DNA of 64,000 nucleotides from an uncultured Pseudomonadales bacterium. Its GTDB lineage: Bacteria > Patescibacteriota > Microgenomatia > UBA1400. Positions within the stretch are counted from its first letter, which is position 1; each line of letters begins with the position of its first letter. The notes under the pieces were generated by a model, which did no database searches, was not told the origin of the DNA, and saw only the letters and a list, made by a program, of their open reading frames with translations. The position numbers were made by a program, and so were the translations under genes. Positions 33,703-44,700 of this stretch are shown here, piece after piece. The DNA lies in contig CAZPUR010000005.1 in the NCBI GenBank assembly GCA_964589815.1, forward strand, positions 7,472 to 71,471, in the 5' to 3' direction.

Positions 33703-33840
33703 TTAAACGGTAAGTCTCTTCCGTCCCCTCGCCCGACGTCTCTTAAGTACATTCCGGCCTGCTTTAGTCTGCATTTTTTTTCTAAAACCATGGGTTCGAA
33801 CTCGTTTTCTCTTTTTAGGCTGGTTGGTCCTTTTTGGCAT
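33703..33840 (-). CDS. rpmH: 50S ribosomal protein L34 (not in ORF track)
   Basis: Manual translation [45 protein letters not shown]. Confidence 0.97.
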   Translation of the reverse strand: MPKRTNQPKKRKRVRTHGFRKKMQTKAGRNVLKRRRARGRKRLTV

Positions 33841-34011
33841 AATTTTATCTTAACAAAACGAGGTCTAAAAAACAAGAGATCGTTTTTTTGATATAAAAAG
33901 ATGCGGTTGACCCCGTAAAATAATGTGTCATATTATTAAGTTGCCGCCCTCCAAAATTTTTAATATCAACAAAGTCTTTTCTGTAATTTAAGATAAAGAT
34001 ATTTTACGGGG

Positions 34012-34041
34012 TTGACAAAATGTGGATAACTTAGTAAAGAT
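34012..34041 (+). promoter_or_regulatory. dnaA promoter with DnaA box in spacer (autoregulation)
   Basis: TTGACA 34012-34017; perfect box TGTGGATAA 34021-34029. Confidence 0.7.
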
Positions 34042-34097
34042 AAAAGTGCCCCTGCCCCGCCTTTAAAAACACAAGTTGTTATAAAACCTAGCGCTCT

Positions 34098-35477
34098 ATG
34101 GAGGCTACATTGAACCAAAAAGATCTTTGGCAAGCTGTTTTAACCGAATTACAATTAATTTTGTCTCCAGCTAATTTTTCTACTTGGTTTTCAAACTCTG
34201 AAATAAATAAAATTAAAAAAATTAAAAATAATCGCCAGCTAATTGAAGTCACTATTCCTAATAACTATATTAAAGATACGATTGAGGCTCGCTATTTAGG
34301 CCAAGTTAAAGAAATTTTAGATCGAATTACTAAAAAGGAGAATGAAATCCGTTTTGTCATCAAAGCTCTTTTTAAAAAAGATGATCCTGGACCTCTTTTT
34401 ACGGTTAATTTTGAAAAAGAAAAACAAAAAAGATTGGAAAAAGCCATTAAATTAAGCCGCTTAAATCCTCAATTTACTTTTGAAAATTTTGCTGTTTCCT
34501 CTACTAATGAAATGGCCCATGCCGCCGCCCAAGCAGTGGCTCAAAATCCAGGCAAAACTTACCATCTTTTATTTTTGTATGGAGGCGTGGGCGTAGGCAA
34601 AACTCACCTGACCCATGCCATCGGCCACAAGATTCTCCAAGTTAGCCCAGAGTCGGCGGTAGTTTATTGCACCTCAGAAGAGTTTACTAATGGTATTGTC
34701 GAGGCGATCAGAACCAAAACCACTAGAACATTTAGGCAGAAGTTTCGCTCCGCTAAAGCTTTATTAATTGATGATATCCAGTTTATCGCCGGCAAAGAGA
34801 CTGTCCAGGAAGAATTTTTTCATACCTTTAACACGATCCATGCTGAGGGCGGCCAGATTGTTTTAACTAGCGACTGTCTTCCTTTTGAAATTAAGGGCTT
34901 AGAAAACCGGCTCCGTTCCCGTTTCGAGGGCGGCCTAACTATTGACGTTCAGGAACCAAATTTTGAATTAAGAACAGCGATTTTATTAATTAAAGCCGGG
35001 CAAAGAGGCAAGGCCTTGCCTATGGACGTAGCCCAGTTAATCGCCGAAAAAATTACCAGCACTAGAAAATTAGAGGGTTTTTTAACTCGCCTAATTTCTC
35101 AAAGCGAGCTTAAGAATCAACCAATTACTCCAGACCTTTGTCTTTCCATCTTGGGAGAACTACCGGTTTTAAAACCCCAAATTGAAAAAACTATTAAACC
35201 TAAAGAAATTTTAGAACTGGTGGCTGATTATTTTAGTCTTAGTCCAGGTCAATTAAAAGGAAGTCGAAGGCTTAAACCAATTGTTGTCCCCCGTCAAATT
35301 GCCATGTATTTAATTAGAGAAAGGCTTAAAACTCCGTTAACAGAGGTAGGTTATTTATTTGGCGGCCGCGACCACACGACGGTAATGCATGCGGTTGATA
35401 AAATCAAAAAACTTATTAATATTTCTGAAGAATTAAGGTTGAATATAAAAGGCTTGGAAAAAAAACTATATGGATAA
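34098..35477 (+). CDS. dnaA: Chromosomal replication initiator DnaA
   Basis: GGVGVGKTHL, IDDIQF, QEEFFHTFN, GRDHTTV. Confidence 0.99.
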   Translation: MEATLNQKDLWQAVLTELQLILSPANFSTWFSNSEINKIKKIKNNRQLIEVTIPNNYIKDTIEARYLGQVKEILDRITKKENEIRFVIKALFKKDDPGPLFTVNFEKEKQKRLEKAIKLSRLNPQFTFENFAVSSTNEMAHAAAQAVAQNPGKTYHLLFLYGGVGVGKTHLTHAIGHKILQVSPESAVVYCTSEEFTNGIVEAIRTKTTRTFRQKFRSAKALLIDDIQFIAGKETVQEEFFHTFNTIHAEGGQIVLTSDCLPFEIKGLENRLRSRFEGGLTIDVQEPNFELRTAILLIKAGQRGKALPMDVAQLIAEKITSTRKLEGFLTRLISQSELKNQPITPDLCLSILGELPVLKPQIEKTIKPKEILELVADYFSLSPGQLKGSRRLKPIVVPRQIAMYLIRERLKTPLTEVGYLFGGRDHTTVMHAVDKIKKLINISEELRLNIKGLEKKLYG

Positions 35478-35660
35478 GTCTGTGGAAAAATATGTGGGTT
35501 TAATGTGAATTTTAAGTGGAAAAGTAGAAAACTCTGTTTTATTTTTCTACTTTTCCACAATATTCCTAATTTGTCCACAAGGTTTTCCACATCGTTCTAT
35601 ATCTGTTTTTGCACTTATCCACCTAACCTACTACTATATACTATTATATACTATACATTT
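35469..35660. other. Replication origin oriC
   Basis: DnaA-box-like 9-mers at 35469, 35481, 35515, 35551, 35571, 35583, 35615, followed by a TAC/TAT trio-like AT-rich tract 35624-35657; lies between dnaA and dnaN. Confidence 0.88.
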
Positions 35661-35717
35661 ATTTAAAATTGAGAACTAATAGTTGCTGATTGGTTATTAA
35701 AAAGGTAAAATAGATTT

Positions 35718-36860
35718 ATGAAAACTACAATTTTACAAGAAAATCTTAATAAGGGATTGTCATTAATTAATCAAATCATAAGTCCTAAAATTAATTTACC
35801 GATTTTAAACAACGTTTTAATTTCCTGTCAAGAAGAAGGAAAATTAAAATTAACCGCTACCAACTTAGAAACAGGAGTTAATATTTGGCTTCCAGCTAAA
35901 CTAGAAACAAAAGGAGATTTTACCCTTCCAGCTAAAGATTTACTTGAATTTATTTCTTCTTTGCCGCCAGAGAAAATTACGCTTGAACAAGAAAAAGAAA
36001 AAATTAAAGTTATTTCTGGAGAGTATAAGGCAGTATTTAATGGCATGTCAGCCATTGATTATCCTCAGGTTCCTAGCCTAAAGACAAAAACCAAACTAAA
36101 AATAAAAGAGGAGTTTACTTTACCGGTAAAAAAGTTCATCCAGGCAGTTTCAAAAGTTATTTTTGCTGCTGCCATTGATGAAACCAGACCAGTTTTGACC
36201 GGCATAAGAATGAGCAGTGAGAATAAAACAATTCAGTTAGTGGCCACCGATGGTTATCGTTTAAGTTTAAAAAAATTAAAAATAGATAAAAAAATCAGCC
36301 TTCCAGACTTAATTATTCCTGCTAAAGCTTTGCAGGAGATAGTTAAGATAATTGAAGCCAGCAAAGAAGAAAAAGAGAAAGAAGAGATTAAGGCGGCCAT
36401 TATTCAAAATGGCAACCAAGTAATTTTTTCTTTTAAAAATACAGAGGTAGTTACCCGCCTGATCGAAGGCGACTTTCCTGATTTTGAAAAAATTATTCCA
36501 GCAAAAGGAGACAATAAAGCCATTATTGATAAACAGGAATTTTTAACTGCCATTAAAGCTACCTCAATTTTTGCTCGACGAAGCGCCAATATTATCAAGT
36601 TAAGTTTTAAAGAAGGTCAATTAATGATCACTGCTAATGCTCCGGAATTAGGAAAAAATGAGGTTAGCCTGGGAATTAAATATAACGGAGATGAGGTAAA
36701 TATTGCCTTTAATTTCCGTTTTTTACAAGACTTTTTAAATAGCTTGAAAACAGAAACTTTTATGATTGAACTTTCTGATTCTTTAAAACCAGGCTTATTC
36801 AAACCAGAAAAAAGCGCTTCTTATTTACATATAATTATGCCGGTAAGACTCCAGAAATAA
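35718..36860 (+). CDS. dnaN: DNA polymerase III beta clamp
   Basis: LTATNLE, RPVLTG, VATDGYRLS, RLIEGDFPDF, IMPVR. Confidence 0.99.
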   Translation: MKTTILQENLNKGLSLINQIISPKINLPILNNVLISCQEEGKLKLTATNLETGVNIWLPAKLETKGDFTLPAKDLLEFISSLPPEKITLEQEKEKIKVISGEYKAVFNGMSAIDYPQVPSLKTKTKLKIKEEFTLPVKKFIQAVSKVIFAAAIDETRPVLTGIRMSSENKTIQLVATDGYRLSLKKLKIDKKISLPDLIIPAKALQEIVKIIEASKEEKEKEEIKAAIIQNGNQVIFSFKNTEVVTRLIEGDFPDFEKIIPAKGDNKAIIDKQEFLTAIKATSIFARRSANIIKLSFKEGQLMITANAPELGKNEVSLGIKYNGDEVNIAFNFRFLQDFLNSLKTETFMIELSDSLKPGLFKPEKSASYLHIIMPVRLQK

Positions 36861-36866
36861 GTAGAA

Positions 36867-36987
36867 AAATTCCAAACATCCAAATATCCAAAATACCAGA
36901 CGAGCTAAAAAAGGAAAATTAAAAAATTTTAGCTTTTAAATTTTAATTTGCTTGGAGATTTGGAATCTTGGGATTTTGGAGATTTTA
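36867..36987. repeat. Inverted degenerate 8-9-mer tracts between convergent dnaN and virB4
   Basis: tccaaaca/tccaaata/tccaaaat versus ttggagat/ttggaatc/ttgggatt/ttggagat. Confidence 0.6.
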
Positions 36988-36992
36988 TAAAG

Positions 36993-38846
36993 TTAACTAT
37001 TAACCGTATTATAATTGTTTGCGCTATTGTCCTGGTTGTTGTTAATGGCTTGTGGGATAACTTGTTCCCCTTTTTGTTTAGCAATGATTTCTTCTGGTTT
37101 GGAGGTGACGAGGCTGTATTCTTCTGGTGAGGCAACGACTTTTATAGAAACATGGTTAGCCCCGGCAAAAAACAGACCATGGCCTATGTCACAGGAAAGC
37201 AACAGGTTCTTTTCCCCTTGAGAGAGATAAAAAACCTCCGCTACTTTATCGATTGCCGCCGGCGACTGTTTCATCAACAACTGAATGGAAGAGTTGGTAA
37301 TAATAGCTTTGCCATAATCATTGCTTAAGAAATCTTCAACGTCTTGGGTAATAGTAGTTACTCCTAAATAATACTTTCTCGCTCTTTTAGCCATAGAATA
37401 TAAGAAGCTGGCAGAATCCTGACTCTTCATTAAATACCAGGCTTCGTCAACAATTAAGAGTCTTTTTCGAAGCTCCTTTTTGATTTTAGTCCAAATATAG
37501 TCAAGGATAATAAACATGGCTACCGGCCTTAGTTTGTCTTCAACGTCTTTAATGGCGAAAACTGTAAATGGATTAGTTAGTTTTACGGTTGAATGTTGGT
37601 TAAAAATGCCTTTTAAACTTCCCTTAATAAACCTTTCTAGTCTGGCCGCCAAAGAACTTGCCTCAGTTTGTTCCATGCCAATTAAGACTTTATATAAATC
37701 TTCCATTAATGGGGGTTTATTTTTTTGGGTTTGCGGATCTTGGGTAATGCCTTTTTGCTGATAAGTAAGGACCAAGGCTTGGTCTAAAAGAGCTTCTTCT
37801 TGGGGAGTTAATGTGCCCATAATAATTTTAAATAAAGAATGTAAAGAAAGAATTTTCAAGCCAAGCTCATTTTCTCCTCTTTGTAAAGTTAGGGAAAGGT
37901 CGAAAGGGTTAATTTTTGAAGGGGAAGTAGAGGAAAAATTAATATATTCACCTTTAACCGCTTGGCAAAGGTCTTGGTATTCATTTTCAGGATCAATGGC
38001 AATGACTTCTGTTCCAAAAAGCAAAGAGCGCATTGCCTCGAGTTTAATAGTAAATGACTTTCCTGCTCCAGACTTGCTTAAAACAACCATATTGGCATTT
38101 TCCAAAGAAAAGCGGTCAAAGATAATTAAGGAGTCATTGTGCTCATTAATACCATACATAATGCCCTCATTTGAACTTAGTTCTGAAGAGGTAAAGGGAA
38201 AAGTAGTTGCCAAAGAAGTGGTATCCATATTTCTGGTAATCATCAATTTATCTAAACAAGTAGGTAAAGTAGTTTTAAAAGCATCTTCCATTTGCAGGGT
38301 AGCGGCCTTGGAAATGATTAAAAGTGAACCCAGGGTCGATTGAACTTGCTTGGTGGCCTTATTCAGACTCTTAAGATCAGGAGCGCTGATGGTAACATAT
38401 AAAGCAAATTGGAAAAACCTTTCGGCGCCTTTAGCCAGTTCTTTTTGCAGGGAGTGGGCATCTTCTAGTTTAACTTGAGTTTCCACATTGACAATTTTCC
38501 CTCGTTGTAAATCTGTTTGGATTTCTGCTTCCATTTCCCCAATTTTTTTTCTTAAGTCGTCTAAAATGCCTCTTCCTTCAACCGGGTAAATATACATGGC
38601 AATATCCAGGGTTTGGTTAAAATTAATCAACGGAGTCAGCCAATTAGCGTTAACAAAACGAGGGTAACCAGAAACAAAGAGGGTTCTGAAAAGAGTTTGG
38701 CCGACCTTAAGATGACTAAATTCAACTTCAATTGAGGGTGGAGCGATAATATCTTGAACAGAAGTTAGGCCTTGACTTAATAAAGCCAGAGATTCTTGTT
38801 TAAAAGACCCTTTTGGTTTAGGCTTGTTTTGTTTGAGTGGTGTCAT
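36993..38846 (-). CDS. VirB4-like T4SS ATPase
   Basis: SKSGAGKS, IDPENEY, INPFD, LIVDEAW, RARKY, TQDVEDF; FPF motif of monoderm VirB4. Confidence 0.9.
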   Translation of the reverse strand: MTPLKQNKPKPKGSFKQESLALLSQGLTSVQDIIAPPSIEVEFSHLKVGQTLFRTLFVSGYPRFVNANWLTPLINFNQTLDIAMYIYPVEGRGILDDLRKKIGEMEAEIQTDLQRGKIVNVETQVKLEDAHSLQKELAKGAERFFQFALYVTISAPDLKSLNKATKQVQSTLGSLLIISKAATLQMEDAFKTTLPTCLDKLMITRNMDTTSLATTFPFTSSELSSNEGIMYGINEHNDSLIIFDRFSLENANMVVLSKSGAGKSFTIKLEAMRSLLFGTEVIAIDPENEYQDLCQAVKGEYINFSSTSPSKINPFDLSLTLQRGENELGLKILSLHSLFKIIMGTLTPQEEALLDQALVLTYQQKGITQDPQTQKNKPPLMEDLYKVLIGMEQTEASSLAARLERFIKGSLKGIFNQHSTVKLTNPFTVFAIKDVEDKLRPVAMFIILDYIWTKIKKELRKRLLIVDEAWYLMKSQDSASFLYSMAKRARKYYLGVTTITQDVEDFLSNDYGKAIITNSSIQLLMKQSPAAIDKVAEVFYLSQGEKNLLLSCDIGHGLFFAGANHVSIKVVASPEEYSLVTSKPEEIIAKQKGEQVIPQAINNNQDNSANNYNTVNS

Positions 38847-39654
38847 GTTTTTCTTGCTGAACTTTTTCAACAATATTTTTTATGGTTTGTTGTAATTTTT
38901 GTCCCCGAGGCTGTTCTATTTTAGTGCTTGGCGCTGGCGGGACTAAGGTATTAACTGGCCTAGCCGCCCTAGGGTTATTTAAATTTGTTGGAGGTGGCGG
39001 AGGAGTTTCTGGCAGCGACGCTGGTTTTAGATTAGACTGGACTAAAGAACCGCTATAGTCTGCAGAAGAAGTGAAGCCTTGACCTTCAACCACAGGATTA
39101 TAAATATTATGTAAGAGTTCAATAATTTCTTTATCAGTTAACTGAACTGCTTTTAAGCCTAAACGTTGGAGTTGACCAATCAGGTGGTCTCGTTTGGGAT
39201 AAAGGTCGGTTTTGGCTTTTTCCAGCAAAGCCTGTTTTTGAGTTTTTTTGAACTGGATTGAGTTAAAAGGGACAATGAGATAAAATTTTTTATCCAAAAC
39301 TTTATTTTTTTTAACAGTGCTTTCTACAAATTGGCGGTATTGTTGAGTCCTGGCGCGCAGGGTTTCATCAGGCTGCTTTTGTATCTGTTCATCTATTAAA
39401 GCAAGATAAAAGGAAATATCTTTTTGACGTGAATGGATAAGAATTTGAATAGAAAAAGCTAAAGAATTTAAAAAAGCCGCATAAGCAAAAATAGTGGCTT
39501 CTTGTTCTCGTTCTGAAAGAAGACCAAAATTGACGGCGGTAGTTTTTAAAATCAAAGCACAAGAACCATTTTTTAAAATCACCAAATTATCCTGGACATC
39601 TTCAATACTGAGATGGTCTTGGGTGCTGGAGCGGATGTTTGTTTGGGCAGACAT
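38818..39654 (-). CDS. T4SS accessory protein (TrsD/VirB4-N-terminal-like)
   Basis: VILKNG...VNFGLLSEREQEA.I..Y..FLNSL; position between PrgI-like and VirB4. Confidence 0.65.
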   Translation of the reverse strand: MSAQTNIRSSTQDHLSIEDVQDNLVILKNGSCALILKTTAVNFGLLSEREQEATIFAYAAFLNSLAFSIQILIHSRQKDISFYLALIDEQIQKQPDETLRARTQQYRQFVESTVKKNKVLDKKFYLIVPFNSIQFKKTQKQALLEKAKTDLYPKRDHLIGQLQRLGLKAVQLTDKEIIELLHNIYNPVVEGQGFTSSADYSGSLVQSNLKPASLPETPPPPPTNLNNPRAARPVNTLVPPAPSTKIEQPRGQKLQQTIKNIVEKVQQEKHDTTQTKQA

Positions 39655-39690
39655 AGTTAAAATTCAAAATTTAAAATGCAAAATTAAAAA

Positions 39691-40653
39691 TTATTGAATT
39701 GATTTTTTGGCTTTGATTTTAATAGGAGAGATAATTTCTCCCTTGGTTTTTAAATTGATTATATCAAAGTCAAAATTATCATGCTCGGTTAAAATTTTAT
39801 AATCGCCAGCATCTAAAGGATTGGTAATAAAAAACTGCCCCAGTTTATTGGTTTTAATTGCTCTAACGGTGACGCCTTGGTTGTTTTGGATTTCTACTAA
39901 AGCATTAGGAAGAATTCGATTGTTAACATCAACCACCATGCCAACAACCACATTAGGGGTTTGGGGCAAAGAAGGAAAGGCTAATTGGTCAGAAAACATC
40001 GCCACCACTTCTGGTTTAATTTTTTGTTTAATCTGATAACGTGATTCTACGGCAAGAGGAGGGGTTAGAGCTGGCGCCGCCTCTACCATAGACGCGGCTG
40101 GTTTGGTTGCTGATGAAATTGGCGCAGGCTTAGGCATGGTTGGTTTAAAGACGACAGCCTTATTTTGCAAAAGACTATTAATTTGGTTTAATTGTTTTTC
40201 TTCCTCTTGGTCGAGGCTGGTTACTGGTTTTTGAACTATAACTTGGGCTTGGCCGGGCAGGCTCTTCAAATATTCAGTTAATTTTCTTTGTTTAATTAAA
40301 GTTGATTGCATTGAGCTTTCCCCGCTTGTTTTAAAAGACTTTTCCGTTAGATAGGCCGGAGGCTGGTTATTTTTGCGCCAAAGATAACGAGTGGGAGCGT
40401 AAATCGACTTAATAAAATTAGTAATCCATTGATCTAAAGGCCTGTCTTGAATGGGCATAAAAGCAAAGGCAAACCCAGCCAGAGCGGCCAAGACAATAAT
40501 CGGCCATTTGATAAGGTAGGGGATTTGGAGATGAAAGCAAAAATAGGCTATAATCAGGCCGACGGCCAGTTCAAGGAACTGCTTTAAAGTCATCTCGCCA
40601 ACCAGGCGAAATTGATAGGAAGCGATGTTTTGCGGAACCGGATGCTGCTTCAT
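39691..40653 (-). CDS. PrgI/VirB3-like membrane protein with C-terminal carboxypeptidase-regulatory-like domain
   Basis: MKQHPVPQNI..YQFRLVGEMTLKQF, 2 TM, RPLDQW; C-terminal GMVVD...TNKLGQF...GDY. Confidence 0.78.
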   Translation of the reverse strand: MKQHPVPQNIASYQFRLVGEMTLKQFLELAVGLIIAYFCFHLQIPYLIKWPIIVLAALAGFAFAFMPIQDRPLDQWITNFIKSIYAPTRYLWRKNNQPPAYLTEKSFKTSGESSMQSTLIKQRKLTEYLKSLPGQAQVIVQKPVTSLDQEEEKQLNQINSLLQNKAVVFKPTMPKPAPISSATKPAASMVEAAPALTPPLAVESRYQIKQKIKPEVVAMFSDQLAFPSLPQTPNVVVGMVVDVNNRILPNALVEIQNNQGVTVRAIKTNKLGQFFITNPLDAGDYKILTEHDNFDFDIINLKTKGEIISPIKIKAKKSIQ

Positions 40654-40692
40654 AAGAGTTAAAAGTGAAAAATGCAAAGTGCAAATTTCAAT

Positions 40693-41070
40693 TTAAAATT
40701 TTCTTTTCCCTCTAATTGTCAAAATACTTGAGCCTAATATTTTTGCTAATTCGGTTGTTTCAGCTAAAAGTTTATTGGCAAAACTTTTAGACGCTTTATT
40801 AGAGTCCCTAAGAAGGCCAAGCCAGAATTTACTTTCATTAGCAGATTTTAATGCGTGATTTAAAAAATTAGTAAAATCTCTTTTAGAACTGGCAGCTTGG
40901 GATTCTACAATATTTGCTCCTATACTAGTGGCGCTTCTCAGCAATTGTTTAGATATTATTTGGGAACTAAAATCTTTTTTATTCACAATACTATCAATAA
41001 AATTAATAATTTCTAAACTATATTTGTAAGCCCTCTTGATCAGTTTTTTCTTAAATTCTTTATTATCCAC
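40693..41070 (-). CDS. Four helix bundle protein (23S-IVS protein family)
   Basis: QLLRSATSIGANIVE, SKRDF..F..ALKSANESKFWL; flanked by heptamer tracts. Confidence 0.92.
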   Translation of the reverse strand: MDNKEFKKKLIKRAYKYSLEIINFIDSIVNKKDFSSQIISKQLLRSATSIGANIVESQAASSKRDFTNFLNHALKSANESKFWLGLLRDSNKASKSFANKLLAETTELAKILGSSILTIRGKRKF

Positions 41071-41218
41071 AACTTTTAATTCTTAACTGTAATTTTTAAC
41101 TTTACACTTTTAACTTTTAACTCTATAAATACAATATAACAACTAAACTTACATATTGAAAAGATATAAAAGTAGGTCAAAGTATAGAAGTTTTCTTTTC
41201 ACCGATTTTCACAAAGGT

Positions 41219-41770
41219 CTAATGGTTTTCATTAAAAATCATTCTTTCTGGAAAATGAAGTTGAAAAATGTATTTAATCGGATTATTAAGAAGCGATCCA
41301 GGCTTACTTTCTAAGCCTTCTAAAGTTAAAGTATAAGGAATATCATATTTAAAAGGACTTCGAGGGTAAAAACTGAGGTTGTTTTTGTCTGCTGTCGGTT
41401 CTAAACTAATCTCCGGTTCAATTTTATAAACCAACCCTTCTAGTTCTACTTCTTGGTTAAAAGTAAAGACAATTTTGTATTGAGAAGATAAGGTTTCGTT
41501 CTCGCCTGCTTTAGGATAAACATTAATTAACTTAAGTTGAGCTTGTTCCAAGACTTTATCTTCAATTTTTTCTTCTGGTGTAGGCTCAGGTAGCCCTGAA
41601 GGAATAACTTGTTTCTTAAATCCTGATCCTGAAGGGAAAGGAGATTCCTTGGGGGGAGTTGGAGCCTGAGGTTTTTGCAGAATAATTCTTACAATTATTA
41701 GAATTCCTAGAACTGAACCAAGGAAAAAGATTATTTTTTGTTTTTTAAAAAAAGTTATTAATTTATTCAT
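41219..41770 (-). CDS. Membrane-anchored protein with Ig-like (Big_5/SbsA-type) domain
   Basis: N-terminal TM, Pro linker, VYP...IVFTFNQ...FYP..F...YTLTL. Confidence 0.65.
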   Translation of the reverse strand: MNKLITFFKKQKIIFFLGSVLGILIIVRIILQKPQAPTPPKESPFPSGSGFKKQVIPSGLPEPTPEEKIEDKVLEQAQLKLINVYPKAGENETLSSQYKIVFTFNQEVELEGLVYKIEPEISLEPTADKNNLSFYPRSPFKYDIPYTLTLEGLESKPGSLLNNPIKYIFQLHFPERMIFNENH

Positions 41771-41772
41771 TT

Positions 41773-44700
41773 TTAATTATGGACAGGCAGTCCTCTGCAC
41801 ATATGATTTTCAGGCATAACATAACTGCCATCAATTTGTAATTCAATATGAACATGGGGCCTAGTCATGGCGCCATAAACCGTGCCAATTCTGGTGCCCG
41901 AACTACATTGGCTGCAACCAGGGCTGGTTTCGTTTACGTGATAAATAATTAAGTGATAGTTGTGGCCATTATGGGTGGTATTGAAAAGCTGTCCCCAGCC
42001 CCAATTGGAAGAAGAATTTCTTTCATAAGTCCAAACTACCGTTTCGCCATCAATTGACGGTAAAAGGACTTCGGTTCCTCCCCCTGAAGCCGGAGCCACA
42101 TCCATGGCTTTGCCATAATCAGGACAGAGTTCATTTTGCTCATGATGCGCTTCCCAACAAACATTAGTAGTGCCGTCTGGATCAGTGGGACCCATCGGTC
42201 CCCAACAGTCATTAAAAACCGGAATCCGGTAGCCCCCACAACTTCCACCCCAATAACGATTAGAACCATGATAACCGGCCACGTCGCATCCAGCTAAACT
42301 AGACCCATAAGAGCATTCATTAATATAGGGACTGTATTCCAAAGCAATAGGGCAATCAATAGCCGGAGGGTTCCCCAGAGTAATATCTGCATAAGCAGAG
42401 ACAGTTTCTTCTCCTCCTTCGGCATTAATAATGATTACGGTGATCGTATTTTCAATGCGACTATCAGCTAAACCAGAATTAAGAGGGAGTATATAGGTAA
42501 AAGTTAAGATATCGCTGGTGGTTTGGCCTAAAGGAGGAATAAAGCTGGCCGTGGGAGCTGGTGGAGCCGGAGTGGTTCTGGAAAAAACCTCGACCTCATC
42601 TTCTACTTGTTTAATAGTAATTTCTCCTTCTTTTGGGGTGATGGTAATCGTATAAGTAGCTTGAGGATTGCTGGCCAGTTCTTCATTAGTAAAGACTGTT
42701 TTGTCAGCGGTTTTCTTTAGACTGACTGATTCTGACTCCCAAGGAGGAGTAGCCTCCTCTTGTTCCCCAAGCCTTTCCGGCGGTAAAAAGGTAGAATTAT
42801 TGGTGACGATGGAATAAGCGCCTAAAGTTCCTAGAATTAAAGCGGCACCGGGAACAATAGTTGCCGCGGTAGTTGGAGCTAAGAAAAATGAACCAGTGGC
42901 AGCTTCCGCTGCGGCCGCTGTACCACCAGCAGTTCCAAGCCCAAAACCAGCCCCAGCCGAACCGAAAATTCCGAGGGAAGAACCAAAAGCCTTGGTGAGC
43001 CAAGGAGCAACAACGGTATCAATAAAAAAGCCAATACTTCCGCCGATGACAATTGGTAAAGGTCCTATAAAAGGAGCAAAAAGAGAACCGATACCAAGAC
43101 CGAGAAAACTCCAGGGAAAGAGCTTAATAAGTTTATAAAGAACGATTAGGCCGGCGCCAAGGATATTCCTTGCGGTTCTAGTTGCTTTTTTGAGAAGCAT
43201 TTTCCCTTCAGGGGTAAAAAGCAAATATTTTGCCGCTTTCACCGCAAAAACACCTATATTTACCAAAAGACCGCCCACAAAAACAGCAATGCCTACTGGT
43301 CCACCGGTAATTCCGAGAGCAGCCTCAGTTGCCCAGGCTAAGAGTTTCTTACCCAATTTAGTGGCTAATTTACCGCCGACCTTCAAAAGCAATCGGCCTA
43401 ATTTTTTAGCTCCCCAGCGAACCGCTTTTTTAATTCCTTTTTTTGACCAGTAAACCGGCCTGAGCCAGTAGCTTGGTTTTAGTTTAGGTAAAGTTTTGAG
43501 GGTTCGATTAAACCAGAAGCTTTTTTTTATAAATTTACTTCTAAGAAGATTGTGCCAAGCCAATCCCATTCTATAGCCGGGAGAAAAAAATCGACCCAAT
43601 ACAACCTTATTTCTTAAATAATTTTGAATTCCTTTAACCGGCTTAATAATGCCTTTAAATCTTCCTAAAGTTTCTTTTTGAAGAAGGTCAAAGGGATATA
43701 AAAATGGCCTTAAAGGGTTGATTTGATTATCGGTTTCAAAGATTTGATATCTGGACTGATTCATCCTTGCCTGAAGACTGAAGAGTCTTTGGCTCGAGCC
43801 TTTAGGGTTATTAATAATTTCTTGAACGGCAGCTAGTTCTAAGGCTAATTGCCGTAGTTTTGCAATCCGGGGATCCTGATCACTAACCCCTTTTTTAATT
43901 TGCCAGACATTGAAAAGCACTTTGCCCTGTCTTAGGCCCGCAATCATATTTTGAATACTTTGAGGAGTAAAGCCGATCTTAGCCAGATAAAGACTGGAGT
44001 AACTATAGGAAAATTTTTGAGCAATTTCTAAGAGCCGCCATTGATCCAGTTTGTTATCACGAGTAAGTTTTGACAGCATGAATTTAAAAGCAAAAGAAGG
44101 CTCTTTCCGGAGAGTATAAACTAAGGCTTGAAAAGTGTTTAAACGGCCAGGTTCTTGAAGAGAGTCTTTTGCTGAAGGTCGGAAACGAGCATAATCATAA
44201 GTAATTTGACCAAGATTAGTAGCACCTAATTCTCCTTGAAGCAGAATATCATTTTGTTTTTTCCTTTGCTCTTTTTTAGTGAAAAAAGAATTTAAAGACT
44301 TAACAACTTCTTTTTGGATTAAAGTTTGAAATGCGGCTTGATCTGGAGAGTCAAATTCTGGCTCGACAAAAGGTTTTTCTAAAACCGAGATGCCTCTGAC
44401 GGCTTCTTGTTGGATGTCAGTTTTTAGGCTTTCAATATCAGTGGGGGAAAAGCCTAAATTTAAAAGACCCTGTCCTAGTTCCGTTTTAAACATATCTACC
44501 ATTTGTTGGTAGGTGGGCGAGTTGGCTATTTGCAGGTCTCTGAAGTTTTTTTTAAGAGAAACTTGTGTTTGAGTAATGAGTTCACCGTTGCTTTGCAAAA
44601 CTTGAGCCAGACTTTCTTCCAATTTTCTTTTTTTTCTTATACTGGGAGCCAAAGCAGCCCCAACATAAATAGATTCAGCCATGGTAGCTTGAAGAGATTC

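Noticed and set aside
37516-38343. Plus-strand ORFs of 81 and 176 aa
   Set aside because: Antisense shadows of virB4 with no motif or start signals.
40693-41070. Diversity-generating retroelement (Avd-like gene)
   Set aside because: No reverse transcriptase or TR/VR pair differing at adenines is visible in the window.
41063-41071. Perfect DnaA box TTATCCACA over the four-helix gene start
   Set aside because: Single 9-mer in AT-rich DNA; plausible by chance and has no supporting cluster.
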